Shown here piece by piece: positions 1 to 9,291 of a stretch of 64,000 nt of DNA. The stretch is from Candidatus Bathyarchaeia archaeon (GTDB lineage: Archaea > Thermoproteota > Bathyarchaeia > Bathyarchaeales > Bathycorpusculaceae), in NCBI GenBank assembly GCA_038882955.1, contig JAVZNC010000002.1:128001-192000 (forward strand), in the 5' to 3' direction. The position numbers were made by a program, and so were the translations under genes. The stretch's first letter is position 1. Each line of letters begins with the position of its first letter. The notes under the pieces were generated by a model, which did not search any database, was not told where the DNA came from, and was given only the letters and a program-made list of their open reading frames with translations.

Positions 1-102
1 TGCCTCATACCCAGCCTTCCTTAAAGCCTTCACAAGAAATTTCGCCTGTGTGGTTTTTCCACAGCCGTCCAAACCTTCAACACAAATAAACACGCCTTTC
101 AT
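1..102 (-). CDS. tmk: Thymidylate (dTMP) kinase, N-terminal part (runs off window)
   Basis: Manual translation MKGVFICVEGLDGCGKTTQAKFL: typical dTMP-kinase P-loop. Confidence 0.85.
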   Translation of the reverse strand, partial: MKGVFICVEGLDGCGKTTQAKFLVKALRKAGYEA

Positions 103-184
103 TTCACCATTCCTTTTTACATTTTAAAGAGCATTAGGCATTATAAGAATGAAGTTGCATTAAATAATTGCTCTAAGCGGGAGA

Positions 185-1474
185 TTGCCGCAAATGCCTA
201 AAAACTATTGGGGCGAAATAAAAGATCCCGTCCACGGCTACGTTTACATAACAGAAACGGAAAAAGAAATCATAGATTCTTACCCTGTTCAGAGAATGCG
301 TAGGCTACGCCAACTCGCGGGCGCCGAATACGTTTATCCAGGAGCAAACCATACACGCTTTGAACATTCAGTTGGCGTCATGTATCTGGCTAGAAAGGTT
401 GTTGAAAACCAAAACATCGCCCAAAAAATAAGCGAAGAAGAAGCAGAAATGGTCAGAATCGCAGCCCTACTTCACGACATTGGACACGGACCTTTCTCGC
501 ATGTTTTTGAGCATTTGCTTGATAAAAAGTTGGGTAAAACCCACGAGGATTTAACCAGATGGATAGTGACAAACAGCGAGTTAAAGGGCTTGCTCAACAA
601 GTACGGGCATAACCCTAAAGATGTCGGTGAACTTGCAACGGGTGTTCTCCACAAGCCGAACAAAACTTTTCTTGACCAAATAATAAGCAGCGCCGTAGAC
701 GTGGATAAACTTGACTTTGTAGTTAGAGATACACATCACACTGGCGCCGAGTATGGTTACATCGACGTTTTTCGCCTAATACATGCACTGGATGTGGTTG
801 ATGGAAACTTGGCAGTAGACCTAGGAGCATTATCCGCACTTGAGTCCTTGATAATTGCGAGAATAGAATCCTTCAAAAGCATCTATTTCCATCGCGTCGG
901 AAGAGCAGCACAAATAATGTTAGCAATTGCCATGGAAAAGGCTGATGACGAACTTGGACTGTCTGATTTTAAAACTCCAGAAGAATATCTGGCCATGGAC
1001 GATTACACAGTTTGGGCTAAACTGAAAAACTGCAAAAAATCAAAAGGCATAATCGAAAACCTTGAAAGACGAAAAATGCTGAAATGCGCATACGAGAAAA
1101 CCTTCTATGAAAAGGACGTTATGATTTCAAATGTCTTCCGCCAAGAATCCCACAGAAAACAATTACAAGAGGGCATCGCAAAAAAAGCAGGAGTCGAAAC
1201 AGAAGCTGTGATAATAGATGTCCCAACAGTTCCATCCGTACCATATCACCACGCTGCACTCATGGAACCAATGGAAATCCCAATTTTCTACAAAACAAGA
1301 GAAGGAGAAAAAATCCCACAGAAACTAAGCGAAATATCAAAAATTTTTGAAGTCTTAAAGGGCTTCATGAACATACTTCGCGTTTACACAGATGAGAAAA
1401 ACAGAGAGAAAGTAGGTGCCGCCGCAGCCAAGATTTTGGGCGAAATTCCCGCAACCGCAAAAATATCGTATTAG
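185..1474 (+). CDS. HD-domain phosphohydrolase (dNTPase/SAMHD1-like)
   Basis: IKDPVHG, RLRQL, HTRFEHSVG, LLHDIGHGPFSH, DVDKLD motifs; start may be ATG 194. Confidence 0.9.
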   Translation: MPQMPKNYWGEIKDPVHGYVYITETEKEIIDSYPVQRMRRLRQLAGAEYVYPGANHTRFEHSVGVMYLARKVVENQNIAQKISEEEAEMVRIAALLHDIGHGPFSHVFEHLLDKKLGKTHEDLTRWIVTNSELKGLLNKYGHNPKDVGELATGVLHKPNKTFLDQIISSAVDVDKLDFVVRDTHHTGAEYGYIDVFRLIHALDVVDGNLAVDLGALSALESLIIARIESFKSIYFHRVGRAAQIMLAIAMEKADDELGLSDFKTPEEYLAMDDYTVWAKLKNCKKSKGIIENLERRKMLKCAYEKTFYEKDVMISNVFRQESHRKQLQEGIAKKAGVETEAVIIDVPTVPSVPYHHAALMEPMEIPIFYKTREGEKIPQKLSEISKIFEVLKGFMNILRVYTDEKNREKVGAAAAKILGEIPATAKISY

Positions 1475-1482
1475 TAGTAGGC

Positions 1483-1905
1483 GTGCATACAATGCAGCCA
1501 ATAAAATTGAAGGGCAGAAAAATTGTTGAGGGACGCTGCATAGCAAAAGCCCTAGTTTCAAAAAGGCCAATAAGCTTCCTCGGTGGGGTTGACCCTGCAG
1601 ACGGAAAAATTATAGAGAAAAATCACGATTTATGCGGTGAATGTATAAAGGATAAAGTATTATGTTTTCCGCACGGGCACGGCTCAACCGTGGGAAGCTA
1701 TGTTCTGTATGCCCTTGCAAAGCGAAACATGGCGCCAAAAGCAATAATAAACCAAACTGCAGACCCGGTTGTGGTTGTTGGAGCAATAATTGCAAACATT
1801 CCGATGGTTGATAAAATTGACATCACAAAGATAAGGAATGGTGACCTGTTGGAAGTCAACGCCACGGAAGAAATCGTAAAAATCCTAAAAAGAAAGGTGG
1901 AGTAA
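1483..1905 (+). CDS. Aconitase X swivel subunit (DUF126), probable phosphomevalonate dehydratase small subunit
   Basis: ISFLGGVDP and GSTVGS motifs; adjacent to the AcnX catalytic subunit. Confidence 0.85.
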   Translation: MHTMQPIKLKGRKIVEGRCIAKALVSKRPISFLGGVDPADGKIIEKNHDLCGECIKDKVLCFPHGHGSTVGSYVLYALAKRNMAPKAIINQTADPVVVVGAIIANIPMVDKIDITKIRNGDLLEVNATEEIVKILKRKVE

Positions 1906-1911
1906 GCCTAA

Positions 1912-3087
1912 ATGTACTTAACAAAAGAGGAAGAACGTGTATACGATGGGGAACAAGGCTGGGCAAACCAAGTATGTATGAAAATTCTTGTGCGACTAGG
2001 CGAACTCTTTGGTGCAGATAGGCTTATTCCCATAAGCTCAGCACACGTTTCAGGAGTGTCATACAAAACGTTGGGAGACGCGCCGTCTGAATTTTTGAAG
2101 GTATTAGCAGAATCTAACGCGAAAGCAAAAGTGAAGGCTACGACAAACCCTCATAGCATTGACAAAAAACACATCCTTGCAAAAATTTCTGAAGAAAAAG
2201 TTCAAAAACAGTTGGCAATCACAAAGAACTTTGAAAAAATGGGATTTAAAAACACATTAACATGCACACCATATTATCTGGAAAAACCAAAACGCAACAC
2301 GCATATGGCATGGTCTGAATCTTCAGCAGTTGTGTATACAAACTCCATTTTGAAGGCGTGGACAAACCGTGAAGGCGGTCCAAGCGCCCTTGCAGCAGCC
2401 ATAATAGGGAAAACACCGAACTATGGCATTCATAGGACCGAAGAACGCAAATCGAAAGTTCTAGTGACATTAAACATGAAACTTAAGGATGAAACTGATT
2501 TTGGTGCACTAGGAATTTTCCTAGGCGAAATTTTGGAAGACAAAATTCCAGCAATTAAGGGGTTAGAAGGCGCCTCAAAAGACAACTTGAAACAGTTAGG
2601 TGCTGCCCTCGCGTCAACGGGAATGGTTAACATGTTCAACTTTTACAACGAGAACAGGCTGAAAGAAAAGCTGGAAAAAATAAGTATTGGCAAAAGCGAG
2701 TTAACGAAAAAAAAACAAAAATTGACAACAGCATCGACGAAAAAGCCAGACTTGGTTTTCATAGGCTGCCCTCACTGCTCACTTAACGAAATTAAATGTA
2801 TTGCAAACCTTATTGGCAACAGGAAAATTAGAAGCGACTTGGAATTCTGGGTGTGCACATCACAGCACATAAAAGAAAAAGCTGGAAAACACGCAACCAT
2901 AATAGAAATGCGTGGAGGCCATATAATCACGGACACATGCGCAGTAGTCACATGGACAGAAAAACTTGGAATAAAAACAATAATGACAAACTCGGCAAAA
3001 ACAGCACATTACGCGCCAACACTAAACAAAGCAGACGTAACACTAGCACCACTAGAAAAGTGCATAAAAACCGCACTAAAAGAATAA
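1912..3087 (+). CDS. Aconitase X catalytic subunit (DUF521), probable phosphomevalonate dehydratase large subunit
   Basis: AHVSGVSY, TCTPY, WSESSA, TNREGG, GCPH, DTC and TNSAK motifs. Confidence 0.85.
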   Translation: MYLTKEEERVYDGEQGWANQVCMKILVRLGELFGADRLIPISSAHVSGVSYKTLGDAPSEFLKVLAESNAKAKVKATTNPHSIDKKHILAKISEEKVQKQLAITKNFEKMGFKNTLTCTPYYLEKPKRNTHMAWSESSAVVYTNSILKAWTNREGGPSALAAAIIGKTPNYGIHRTEERKSKVLVTLNMKLKDETDFGALGIFLGEILEDKIPAIKGLEGASKDNLKQLGAALASTGMVNMFNFYNENRLKEKLEKISIGKSELTKKKQKLTTASTKKPDLVFIGCPHCSLNEIKCIANLIGNRKIRSDLEFWVCTSQHIKEKAGKHATIIEMRGGHIITDTCAVVTWTEKLGIKTIMTNSAKTAHYAPTLNKADVTLAPLEKCIKTALKE

Positions 3088-3136
3088 GATTTATCCGAAA
3101 GAGAAAATACTTGCATGATGCCCAAAGAATAGGCAT

Positions 3137-3211
3137 GCTCCGGTAGTATAGCCCGGTCAAGTATTCCGGCCTTTCGAGCCGGAGACGCGGGTCCGAATCC
3201 CGCCCGGAGCA
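3137..3211 (+). tRNA. tRNA-Glu(TTC)
   Basis: Acceptor stem GCTCCGG/CCGGAGC; anticodon arm CCGGC-CT-TTC-GA-GCCGG; T arm GCGGG-TCCGAAT-CCCGC; CCA not encoded. Confidence 0.95.
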
Positions 3212-3551
3212 CTCGTTTTATTTTTATTTGAGCCCTTTGACTGGTTACGGAATTCCGTAATGCATTATAAGATTTTGTAACGCCTAATCCATGAGTCTCT
3301 AGCAAAACTATGGTAAACTGGTTGGTGCTGTGGTGGCTGTTGGTGCCTGATGTTGGGTGAGGCGTTGAAGGATAAGGAGCAGTGAGGGGTTGTGAAGGCT
3401 ACATTTTTGAAGGCTTTTCTTTTCGATAGTGATAGACCCCCTCTAGGTTTTTGGCTGGAAAAGTTGTGCGTGCTTGCTTAGGTATTTTGGGTTTCTCTGT
3501 ATTTTCAGTCTTGCAGAAGTGCAAGTGGTTATAGATGTGTACGCGTCTGGT

Positions 3552-3737
3552 TTAATGCAAGTTTGTTATTGCGGGCACTTTCAAGGGCTTCTTTTTATCC
3601 GCCACTTTCACTATTTTGACTTTTGCGCTTTTCAGAGTTTGCTTTGCTGCTTCTTTTGCCTCTTTTCTGTTTTGGTGGTCTCCTTTCAGTTCAATCCATG
3701 GAAGCGTCTCGTCAAGCTTTATCCAAACCGCATACAA
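3552..3737 (-). CDS. Small basic hypothetical protein (61 aa)
   Basis: Isolated ORF with protein-like composition, upstream GGTGA SD-like motif and AT-rich promoter region. Confidence 0.55.
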   Translation of the reverse strand: MYAVWIKLDETLPWIELKGDHQNRKEAKEAAKQTLKSAKVKIVKVADKKKPLKVPAITNLH

Positions 3738-3859
3738 TAGTGTTCACCATTGTTGCTGTTGTTAGATTTTGGATTATTAAAACGGTTATGAATTTGGAAT
3801 ATTGATTTTTGTTAAGGGTTTCTTGAAAACTTATTTAAGGAATTTCTGTACATCTTCTA

Positions 3860-4020
3860 TGGCTTAGGAGCGAGCATTAGGGTGCAGCTTGAGGGCTCCT
3901 CAAATAGGGTTCCATTGAAGGGGTGCCTATGGATGGGCAAAGATGGTGGACAAGATGAAGGCGAAAAGAGTACTATACCACAACAGCAGACGCCATGCGC
4001 AACCCCTGAGCCACACAGTT
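3860..4020 (+). ncRNA. Putative H/ACA-like guide RNA with large apical insertion
   Basis: TATA-like TTATTTAA ~3831; terminal stem GGCTTAGG/CCTGAGCC directly followed by ACA; internal loop; upper stem GCAT/ATGC 14 nt from the ACA. Confidence 0.55.
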
Positions 4021-4088
4021 GCGCGCTCTAAAGATTCTGTTTTATGTAAGGTTTTTTCGTCAATGATTCTTCTGGAGGCTCGCGACCG

Positions 4089-5306
4089 ATGACTTACACC
4101 ATGGATTTTAAGGTTTTTTCAAAAACTTTCAAAGAGTCTCTGGCGGCATACGCTTTTGACGTTGGCGGTATATTTGCAGGTTTTATATTCTACTTTTTGG
4201 TTATTTCGAAGCTTGATTCTTTTCAAGTGCCATGGATTATCGCGGCATACCCAACAATTTTAAGTGCTAAAGGCACCATCGGCGGGTTGCTTTCTGGGCG
4301 CTTAAGCACTTCGTTGCATGTCGGAACAATTTACCCAAGATTTCTTAATAACACAAAAGCTTTTTACACGCTTTTTGATGCTGTTGTTTTTATAAATTTG
4401 GAAACATGCATTGCCATGAGTTTGATTTCACTTGTTTTTGGGAGTCTCTTTTGGGGGATTTCCATCCTAAACTTTTCCGAAATTCTACCTGTTGTGGTGG
4501 CAACCATGGCTTTAGGCTTAGTCATCTCCCTACTAACAATGCTTGTTGCTTTTACCTCTTTCAAGAAAGGTTTGGACCCGGATATAACAGTGTATCCGAT
4601 AATGTCAACGGTGGCTGACATAGCCATAACGGTTTGCTATGCCATAGTTCTTCATGTTTTCTTTTTTGCAGATTTCTTTGGTAAATACGTAGTAGCCGCG
4701 GTTGCCACTGCATTCGCCATTTTAGCATGCTACATTTTAGTAAGAAACGTTCATGAAGAAGATTTTGTTAAGACAATTAGGGAATTTTCATTCACGTTGA
4801 TAGCTGTGGCTTTTATAGTCAACATTACTGGAACTTTTCTGCACATGATAAATAAAGTCATACTTACGGGTAGAAGCGAAATATACACGGTTTACCCCGC
4901 CCTAATAGATTTGGTTGGCGATGTTGGTTCGGTTGTGGGTTCCACGGCTACAACAAGACTTACTTTGGGTTTGCTTAAGCCTTCGCTCTCATCAATAAGG
5001 AGCCACTTAAACCATATTTTTGGAGCGTGGGCAGCGTCTCTGGTAATGTTTACAGTTCTATCAACTTTGTCGCTTTCAATAAACAATGTTCTTTCGCTTT
5101 TCGGGATTTTCACCGCAACCCTCTTAATTGCAAACGTGATTGCCGTCTCGCTGATAATTTTGATATCGTACGCCACTGCCATTCTAACTTTTCATAAAGG
5201 GTTAGACCCAGACAACTTTATCATTCCGATTGAAAGCTCTCTTGCAGATACTGTAACCTCTGTGGCTTTGCTTGTCGCCCTAATCATCTGCCGCTATGGC
5301 CTTTAG
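4089..5306 (+). CDS. MgtE/SLC41-like divalent cation transporter (two MgtE membrane domains)
   Basis: Two repeats of GLDPD..PI..(T/S)(V/L)AD; many transmembrane segments. Confidence 0.85.
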   Translation: MTYTMDFKVFSKTFKESLAAYAFDVGGIFAGFIFYFLVISKLDSFQVPWIIAAYPTILSAKGTIGGLLSGRLSTSLHVGTIYPRFLNNTKAFYTLFDAVVFINLETCIAMSLISLVFGSLFWGISILNFSEILPVVVATMALGLVISLLTMLVAFTSFKKGLDPDITVYPIMSTVADIAITVCYAIVLHVFFFADFFGKYVVAAVATAFAILACYILVRNVHEEDFVKTIREFSFTLIAVAFIVNITGTFLHMINKVILTGRSEIYTVYPALIDLVGDVGSVVGSTATTRLTLGLLKPSLSSIRSHLNHIFGAWAASLVMFTVLSTLSLSINNVLSLFGIFTATLLIANVIAVSLIILISYATAILTFHKGLDPDNFIIPIESSLADTVTSVALLVALIICRYGL

Positions 5307-5367
5307 TCAGAGAGATAGGCTTAAAATATTTCTTGTTTTATAATTTGCTTGGAGCGACAAAAGTAGT

Positions 5368-6561
5368 ATGCCTCACCGTTTCGAAAAGATTGAGTATAAG
5401 CCCATACCCGCTAGGGAGCTTCTCCTAGAAATTAAAAACCTTTCAGAGTTAATGATTGACTTGGCATATTCAGCTGCACTATTCAATGACAGAGACCTAG
5501 CGGAAGACGTCTTAGAACTTGAGGCGCGCGTCGACACTTTAGCGTATCTCTTGGAGATTTCAATAATGGTTGCTGCAAGGGACGCCAGGGATGCTGAAGA
5601 TTTGCTTGGCGTTTCCACCGTGGCTTCTGCCGCGGACAAAATTTCTGATGCTGCTGCTGACATCGCCGCTATAGTAACGCAGAATATTGGCGTGCACCCA
5701 ATTGTGAGCGAAATTTTCGAAAAGGTTGAAGAACATCTGCTTCGAGTAAAGGTAGGCGAAGGTTCCGCGATTGTTGGGAAGCAAATAGGTGAGCTGAAAT
5801 TAGCTGCAGAGATGGGCGTTGACATAATTGCGATAAAGCGGAACAAGGATTGGGTAATTGACCCTAAAGAGACTGAGAAAATTTTGGGCGGTGACTTTTT
5901 GATTGCAAGAGGAGCACCAATTGGAATTGACGAATTCAAAGAGTTTGCCGAGGGAAAACACGTCAAAACTGAACAAATAAGCGTTTCAAAAAAGCGACAA
6001 AAGCAATTTGAGGAAATTGCTCGGCGCTTCGTCGAGTTAAAAGACACATCTGAACTGATGATCGACTTAGCCTATTCCTCGCTTTTATATGATAACAAGG
6101 AACTCGCTGAAGAAGTGCATAAACTTGAGGAGTATGTGGATAAGCTGCACACAGATTTTGAAATATGTGTTCTTTCAAGCGGCTTTAAGAAAGATGAAGT
6201 GCGAGGTTTTCTCGGTTTGATAAGGCTTGGCGTGGTTGCTGAGAAAATAGCGGATGCCGCGGCTGAAATAGCCGAAGTTGTCTTAAGAGGTTTAGAGCCG
6301 CACCCAATACTAAAGAGCACGATTAAGGAGGCGGAGGAAACTATTACGCATGTTTGTGTGACGGCAAATTCTCCGTTGGTCAACAAGACTATACGGGAGG
6401 CACGCATTCCAGAGGAAACTGGAATGTGGGTTCTCGCCATAAGAAAAGGCGAAAAATGCATAAGACCAAAACCCGACTCAAAAATCGAGGTTGGCGATGT
6501 CTTAATTGCGTCTGGATATGCTGAGGGTGCAGAGGACTTAAAGAAGTTAGCTTCTCCATAG
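5368..6561 (+). CDS. Tandem PhoU-like/TrkA-C domain protein
   Basis: Duplicated (N/D)xSELMIDLAYS segment, each followed by a TrkA-C domain; next to the MgtE-like gene. Confidence 0.85.
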   Translation: MPHRFEKIEYKPIPARELLLEIKNLSELMIDLAYSAALFNDRDLAEDVLELEARVDTLAYLLEISIMVAARDARDAEDLLGVSTVASAADKISDAAADIAAIVTQNIGVHPIVSEIFEKVEEHLLRVKVGEGSAIVGKQIGELKLAAEMGVDIIAIKRNKDWVIDPKETEKILGGDFLIARGAPIGIDEFKEFAEGKHVKTEQISVSKKRQKQFEEIARRFVELKDTSELMIDLAYSSLLYDNKELAEEVHKLEEYVDKLHTDFEICVLSSGFKKDEVRGFLGLIRLGVVAEKIADAAAEIAEVVLRGLEPHPILKSTIKEAEETITHVCVTANSPLVNKTIREARIPEETGMWVLAIRKGEKCIRPKPDSKIEVGDVLIASGYAEGAEDLKKLASP

Positions 6562-6656
6562 TTCTTGTTCTACGTGGCTTGTTAGGTAGTTTGGATAATT
6601 ATTCTGGATTCACTAACACTATAAGGATGAAATTCGATTCTAAATTAGAGGAGGGT

Positions 6657-7064
6657 ATGCCAATCCACAAAAAGAAAGAAAACAAAGATAACCAAAGTTT
6701 CACGTGCCCGAACCCGTCCTGTGGAAGAGTTTTCGCAAACCCAATTAAGGCTGAAAATTTAAGCTTAAAGAATGGAGTTTATGATGCTTGTCCCTACTGC
6801 TTAACAGAAATAACCGTGGAAAAAAGTATCTTAATAACCGAGGAAAAAGAGAAAGAGAAACTTGCGCCATCCATCGAGAGTAAAGTCGAACAAAAGGCGC
6901 AGCCAATAATTGAGAGAGCATCCGTCGAAATCCCTGCCAAACCCACCACGTGCACTCATCATTTTGGGTATTTAAGCCAGCGTTCAACAAAAGAGAAGAT
7001 ACCTGAAGAATGCATGATGTGCGAGAAAATCGTTCAGTGCATGCTTCAACGCGTGAAGGGTTAG
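6657..7064 (+). CDS. Cys-rich putative zinc-binding protein
   Basis: N-terminal CPNPSC..CPYC and C-terminal CTHHFGYL..CMMC..C clusters; ATG 6657 follows GAGGAGGG. Confidence 0.7.
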   Translation: MPIHKKKENKDNQSFTCPNPSCGRVFANPIKAENLSLKNGVYDACPYCLTEITVEKSILITEEKEKEKLAPSIESKVEQKAQPIIERASVEIPAKPTTCTHHFGYLSQRSTKEKIPEECMMCEKIVQCMLQRVKG

Positions 7065-7140
7065 TTGGTTACAGATGATACGCACTTGCTTTTTTAAGGT
7101 TTCAAGTTTTCCCTTAAAACTTGGTTAGGAGACAACATAG

Positions 7141-7512
7141 TTGTCAGCAGCTGTGCAGAAGCGAGTTCCAGGAGTTCTCACTCCCGCAACCCAAGCGAAA
7201 AGCCTAAACGCTGAAACAGTTACGGCAATTGCCACAGGCTTTCTTAAAAGGATTGGAAATAAGGGCGGTCTAAAGCCGAAAAGGGTTTCGTTGGAAGAGA
7301 ACATTTACACTGTTGAGGTTGAAATGAAAAAGTTTAATGCTATTGTTAAGGTTGACGCTGAAACCCATGAGATTAAGGAGTATGAAATACAACCCAAAGG
7401 CGAAGAAACTCCTTTCATCTCCATATCTCCAAAAGTTATTATTGTAATGTTTGGAGTTTCAGCAGCAGCCTATGTGGCATTAAATTTTGCATTTAAAATG
7501 CTTGGTCTTTAA
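7141..7512 (+). CDS. C-terminally membrane-anchored hypothetical protein (PepSY-like domain possible)
   Basis: YTVEVE...VKVDAETHEI pattern and a C-terminal hydrophobic helix; SD AGGAG. Confidence 0.6.
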   Translation: MSAAVQKRVPGVLTPATQAKSLNAETVTAIATGFLKRIGNKGGLKPKRVSLEENIYTVEVEMKKFNAIVKVDAETHEIKEYEIQPKGEETPFISISPKVIIVMFGVSAAAYVALNFAFKMLGL

Positions 7513-7578
7513 CACGTCTGCTGTATGAAGCAGAATATTAAAGAATATTAAAAATAGCGATTTGGGACGGATTGTTGC

Positions 7579-7923
7579 TTAGCTTTTTCTTCTCCGTTCA
7601 GTCTTCTTTTCCTCTTCAACAGTCTCCGCTGCTGGTTTTTCCTCGGGTTTTTCTTCTGCCTTTTCCTCTGCCTTCTCCATCTCCTTTGTGATTTCCTCTA
7701 TTGGTTTTGGCGGTGGAGTCGTAGCCATTGTTAACCCGATCCATGCGCCTATAGCCATTATTGCAATGAACGCCAGAAACACTGGAATTGCCACAAGCCA
7801 GAATGAGAGGCTCCATTCAAGGGGGTTTCCTCCAAAGTAAAACAATCCTAACGTGTAGAGTATGCCCAATATCACGCAAACTATTAGTATTATTCCACCT
7901 ATCGCTTGATCCTTGCTTACCAT
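7579..7923 (-). CDS. Conserved archaeal two-TM membrane protein with charged tail
   Basis: MVSKDQAIG, two TM helices, WIGLTMATTPPPKPIEEI motif. Confidence 0.75.
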   Translation of the reverse strand: MVSKDQAIGGIILIVCVILGILYTLGLFYFGGNPLEWSLSFWLVAIPVFLAFIAIMAIGAWIGLTMATTPPPKPIEEITKEMEKAEEKAEEKPEEKPAAETVEEEKKTERRRKS

Positions 7924-7997
7924 TCACGCGTCACCTTATGAACCCATGTTTACTCTTTCAAGCTTTAAAAATTTTGCCATGCTTTTCGGGCTTAACG

Positions 7998-9263
7998 CTA
8001 GATCGTTCCCATCTCCCATGTTAACAAATACTGTTTTTGCTCTTCTGTCAACTCGTCTATATCTATGTTCATTGCCTTTAGCTTGAGCTTTGCTACGGTT
8101 TCGTCTATTTCCTTTGGCACCGTGTGGACGTTTGGCGGGAGTTTCTCCGTTTTGGCTAGGTATTCCACGCATAAGGCTTGATTTGCAAATGACATGTCCA
8201 TAACTTCGGATGGATGTCCTTCCGCGGCTGCCAAGTTTACGAGTCTTCCATCTGCTAAGAGGTAGATTTTCTTTCCATCCTTAAGCGTATATTCGTCCAG
8301 ATTTGGGCGTATGTTCCTCTTTGAGGTGGAGATTTCCTCCAATTCTTTTATGCTTATTTCAACGTTAAAGTGTCCACTGTTTGCAAGTATCGCGCCGTCC
8401 TTCATTTTCTCCATATGTTCCCCTCTAATTACATTGATGTCGCCTGTCGCTGTGACGAATATGTCGCCTATTGTTGCGGCTTCTGTTATTGGCATTACGC
8501 GGAAACCGTTTAATGCTGCTTCAAGCGCTCTAAGCGGGTTAACCTCTGTTATTATCACGTTTGCGCCCATGCCTTGTGCGCGCATGGCTATTCCTCTTGC
8601 GCACCATCCATAGCCGCAGACGACAAAGTTTTTGCCTGCTAAAAGGATGTTTGTTGCTCTCAGGATTCCGTCTATTGTGCTTTGTCCTGTTCCGTAACGG
8701 TTGTCAAAAAGGTATTTTGTGTATGCGTCGTTTACGGCAATTATTGGATATTTGAGTGTTCCAGATTTTTCCATTGCACGCAGCCTTAAAACGCCAGTTG
8801 TTGTTTCTTCTGTTCCGCCTTTGATTTTCTCTATGTTTTTGGTTCTTTTGCTGTGGATTGTTCCAACAAGGTCCGCTCCGTCATCAAGCGTTATCACCGG
8901 CTTAAAGTCTATGACGCGCTCAATACACCAATAATACTCTTCTGTTGTCTGCCCCCTCCAAGCGAAGACATGCACTCCTTTTTCTGCAAGGGTTGCTGCC
9001 ACATCATCCTGCGTAGAAAGCGGATTTGACCCGCAAAGCGCCACTTCTGCACCGCCAGCTATGAAAGTTTCGATTAGGACTGCTGTCTCTTTTGTTACGT
9101 GAAGGCACGCGCCAAGCGTTAAGCCCTTCAAGGGTTTTTCTCTGTTAAATCTCTTTTTGATTTGTTCCAGTACTGGCATGTGCCGTGATGCCCATTCTGT
9201 TTGTAAAGCGCCCTTTTTGGCTAGACTTTTATCCTTAACCTTAAATTCTTCCATCTTTACCAC
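7998..9263 (-). CDS. ahcY: S-adenosylhomocysteine hydrolase
   Basis: [32 protein letters not shown] and GRLVNL..AEGHP motifs. Confidence 0.97.
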   Translation of the reverse strand: MVKMEEFKVKDKSLAKKGALQTEWASRHMPVLEQIKKRFNREKPLKGLTLGACLHVTKETAVLIETFIAGGAEVALCGSNPLSTQDDVAATLAEKGVHVFAWRGQTTEEYYWCIERVIDFKPVITLDDGADLVGTIHSKRTKNIEKIKGGTEETTTGVLRLRAMEKSGTLKYPIIAVNDAYTKYLFDNRYGTGQSTIDGILRATNILLAGKNFVVCGYGWCARGIAMRAQGMGANVIITEVNPLRALEAALNGFRVMPITEAATIGDIFVTATGDINVIRGEHMEKMKDGAILANSGHFNVEISIKELEEISTSKRNIRPNLDEYTLKDGKKIYLLADGRLVNLAAAEGHPSEVMDMSFANQALCVEYLAKTEKLPPNVHTVPKEIDETVAKLKLKAMNIDIDELTEEQKQYLLTWEMGTI

Positions 9264-9291
9264 GCCATGTAGCTCATTTAAACAAGCCTAT

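Noticed and set aside
3137-3860. Integrated element at tRNA-Glu
   Set aside because: No integrase and no duplicated tRNA end was seen.
3860-4020. M-box (ykoK) riboswitch, RNase P RNA or SRP RNA identity
   Set aside because: Only a loose TTAGG..GGCTCCT resemblance to the M-box; the RNase P P4 and SRP helix-8 signature sequences are absent.
5373-6047. 224-aa antisense ORF
   Set aside because: Ser-rich shadow of the PhoU/TrkA-C gene.
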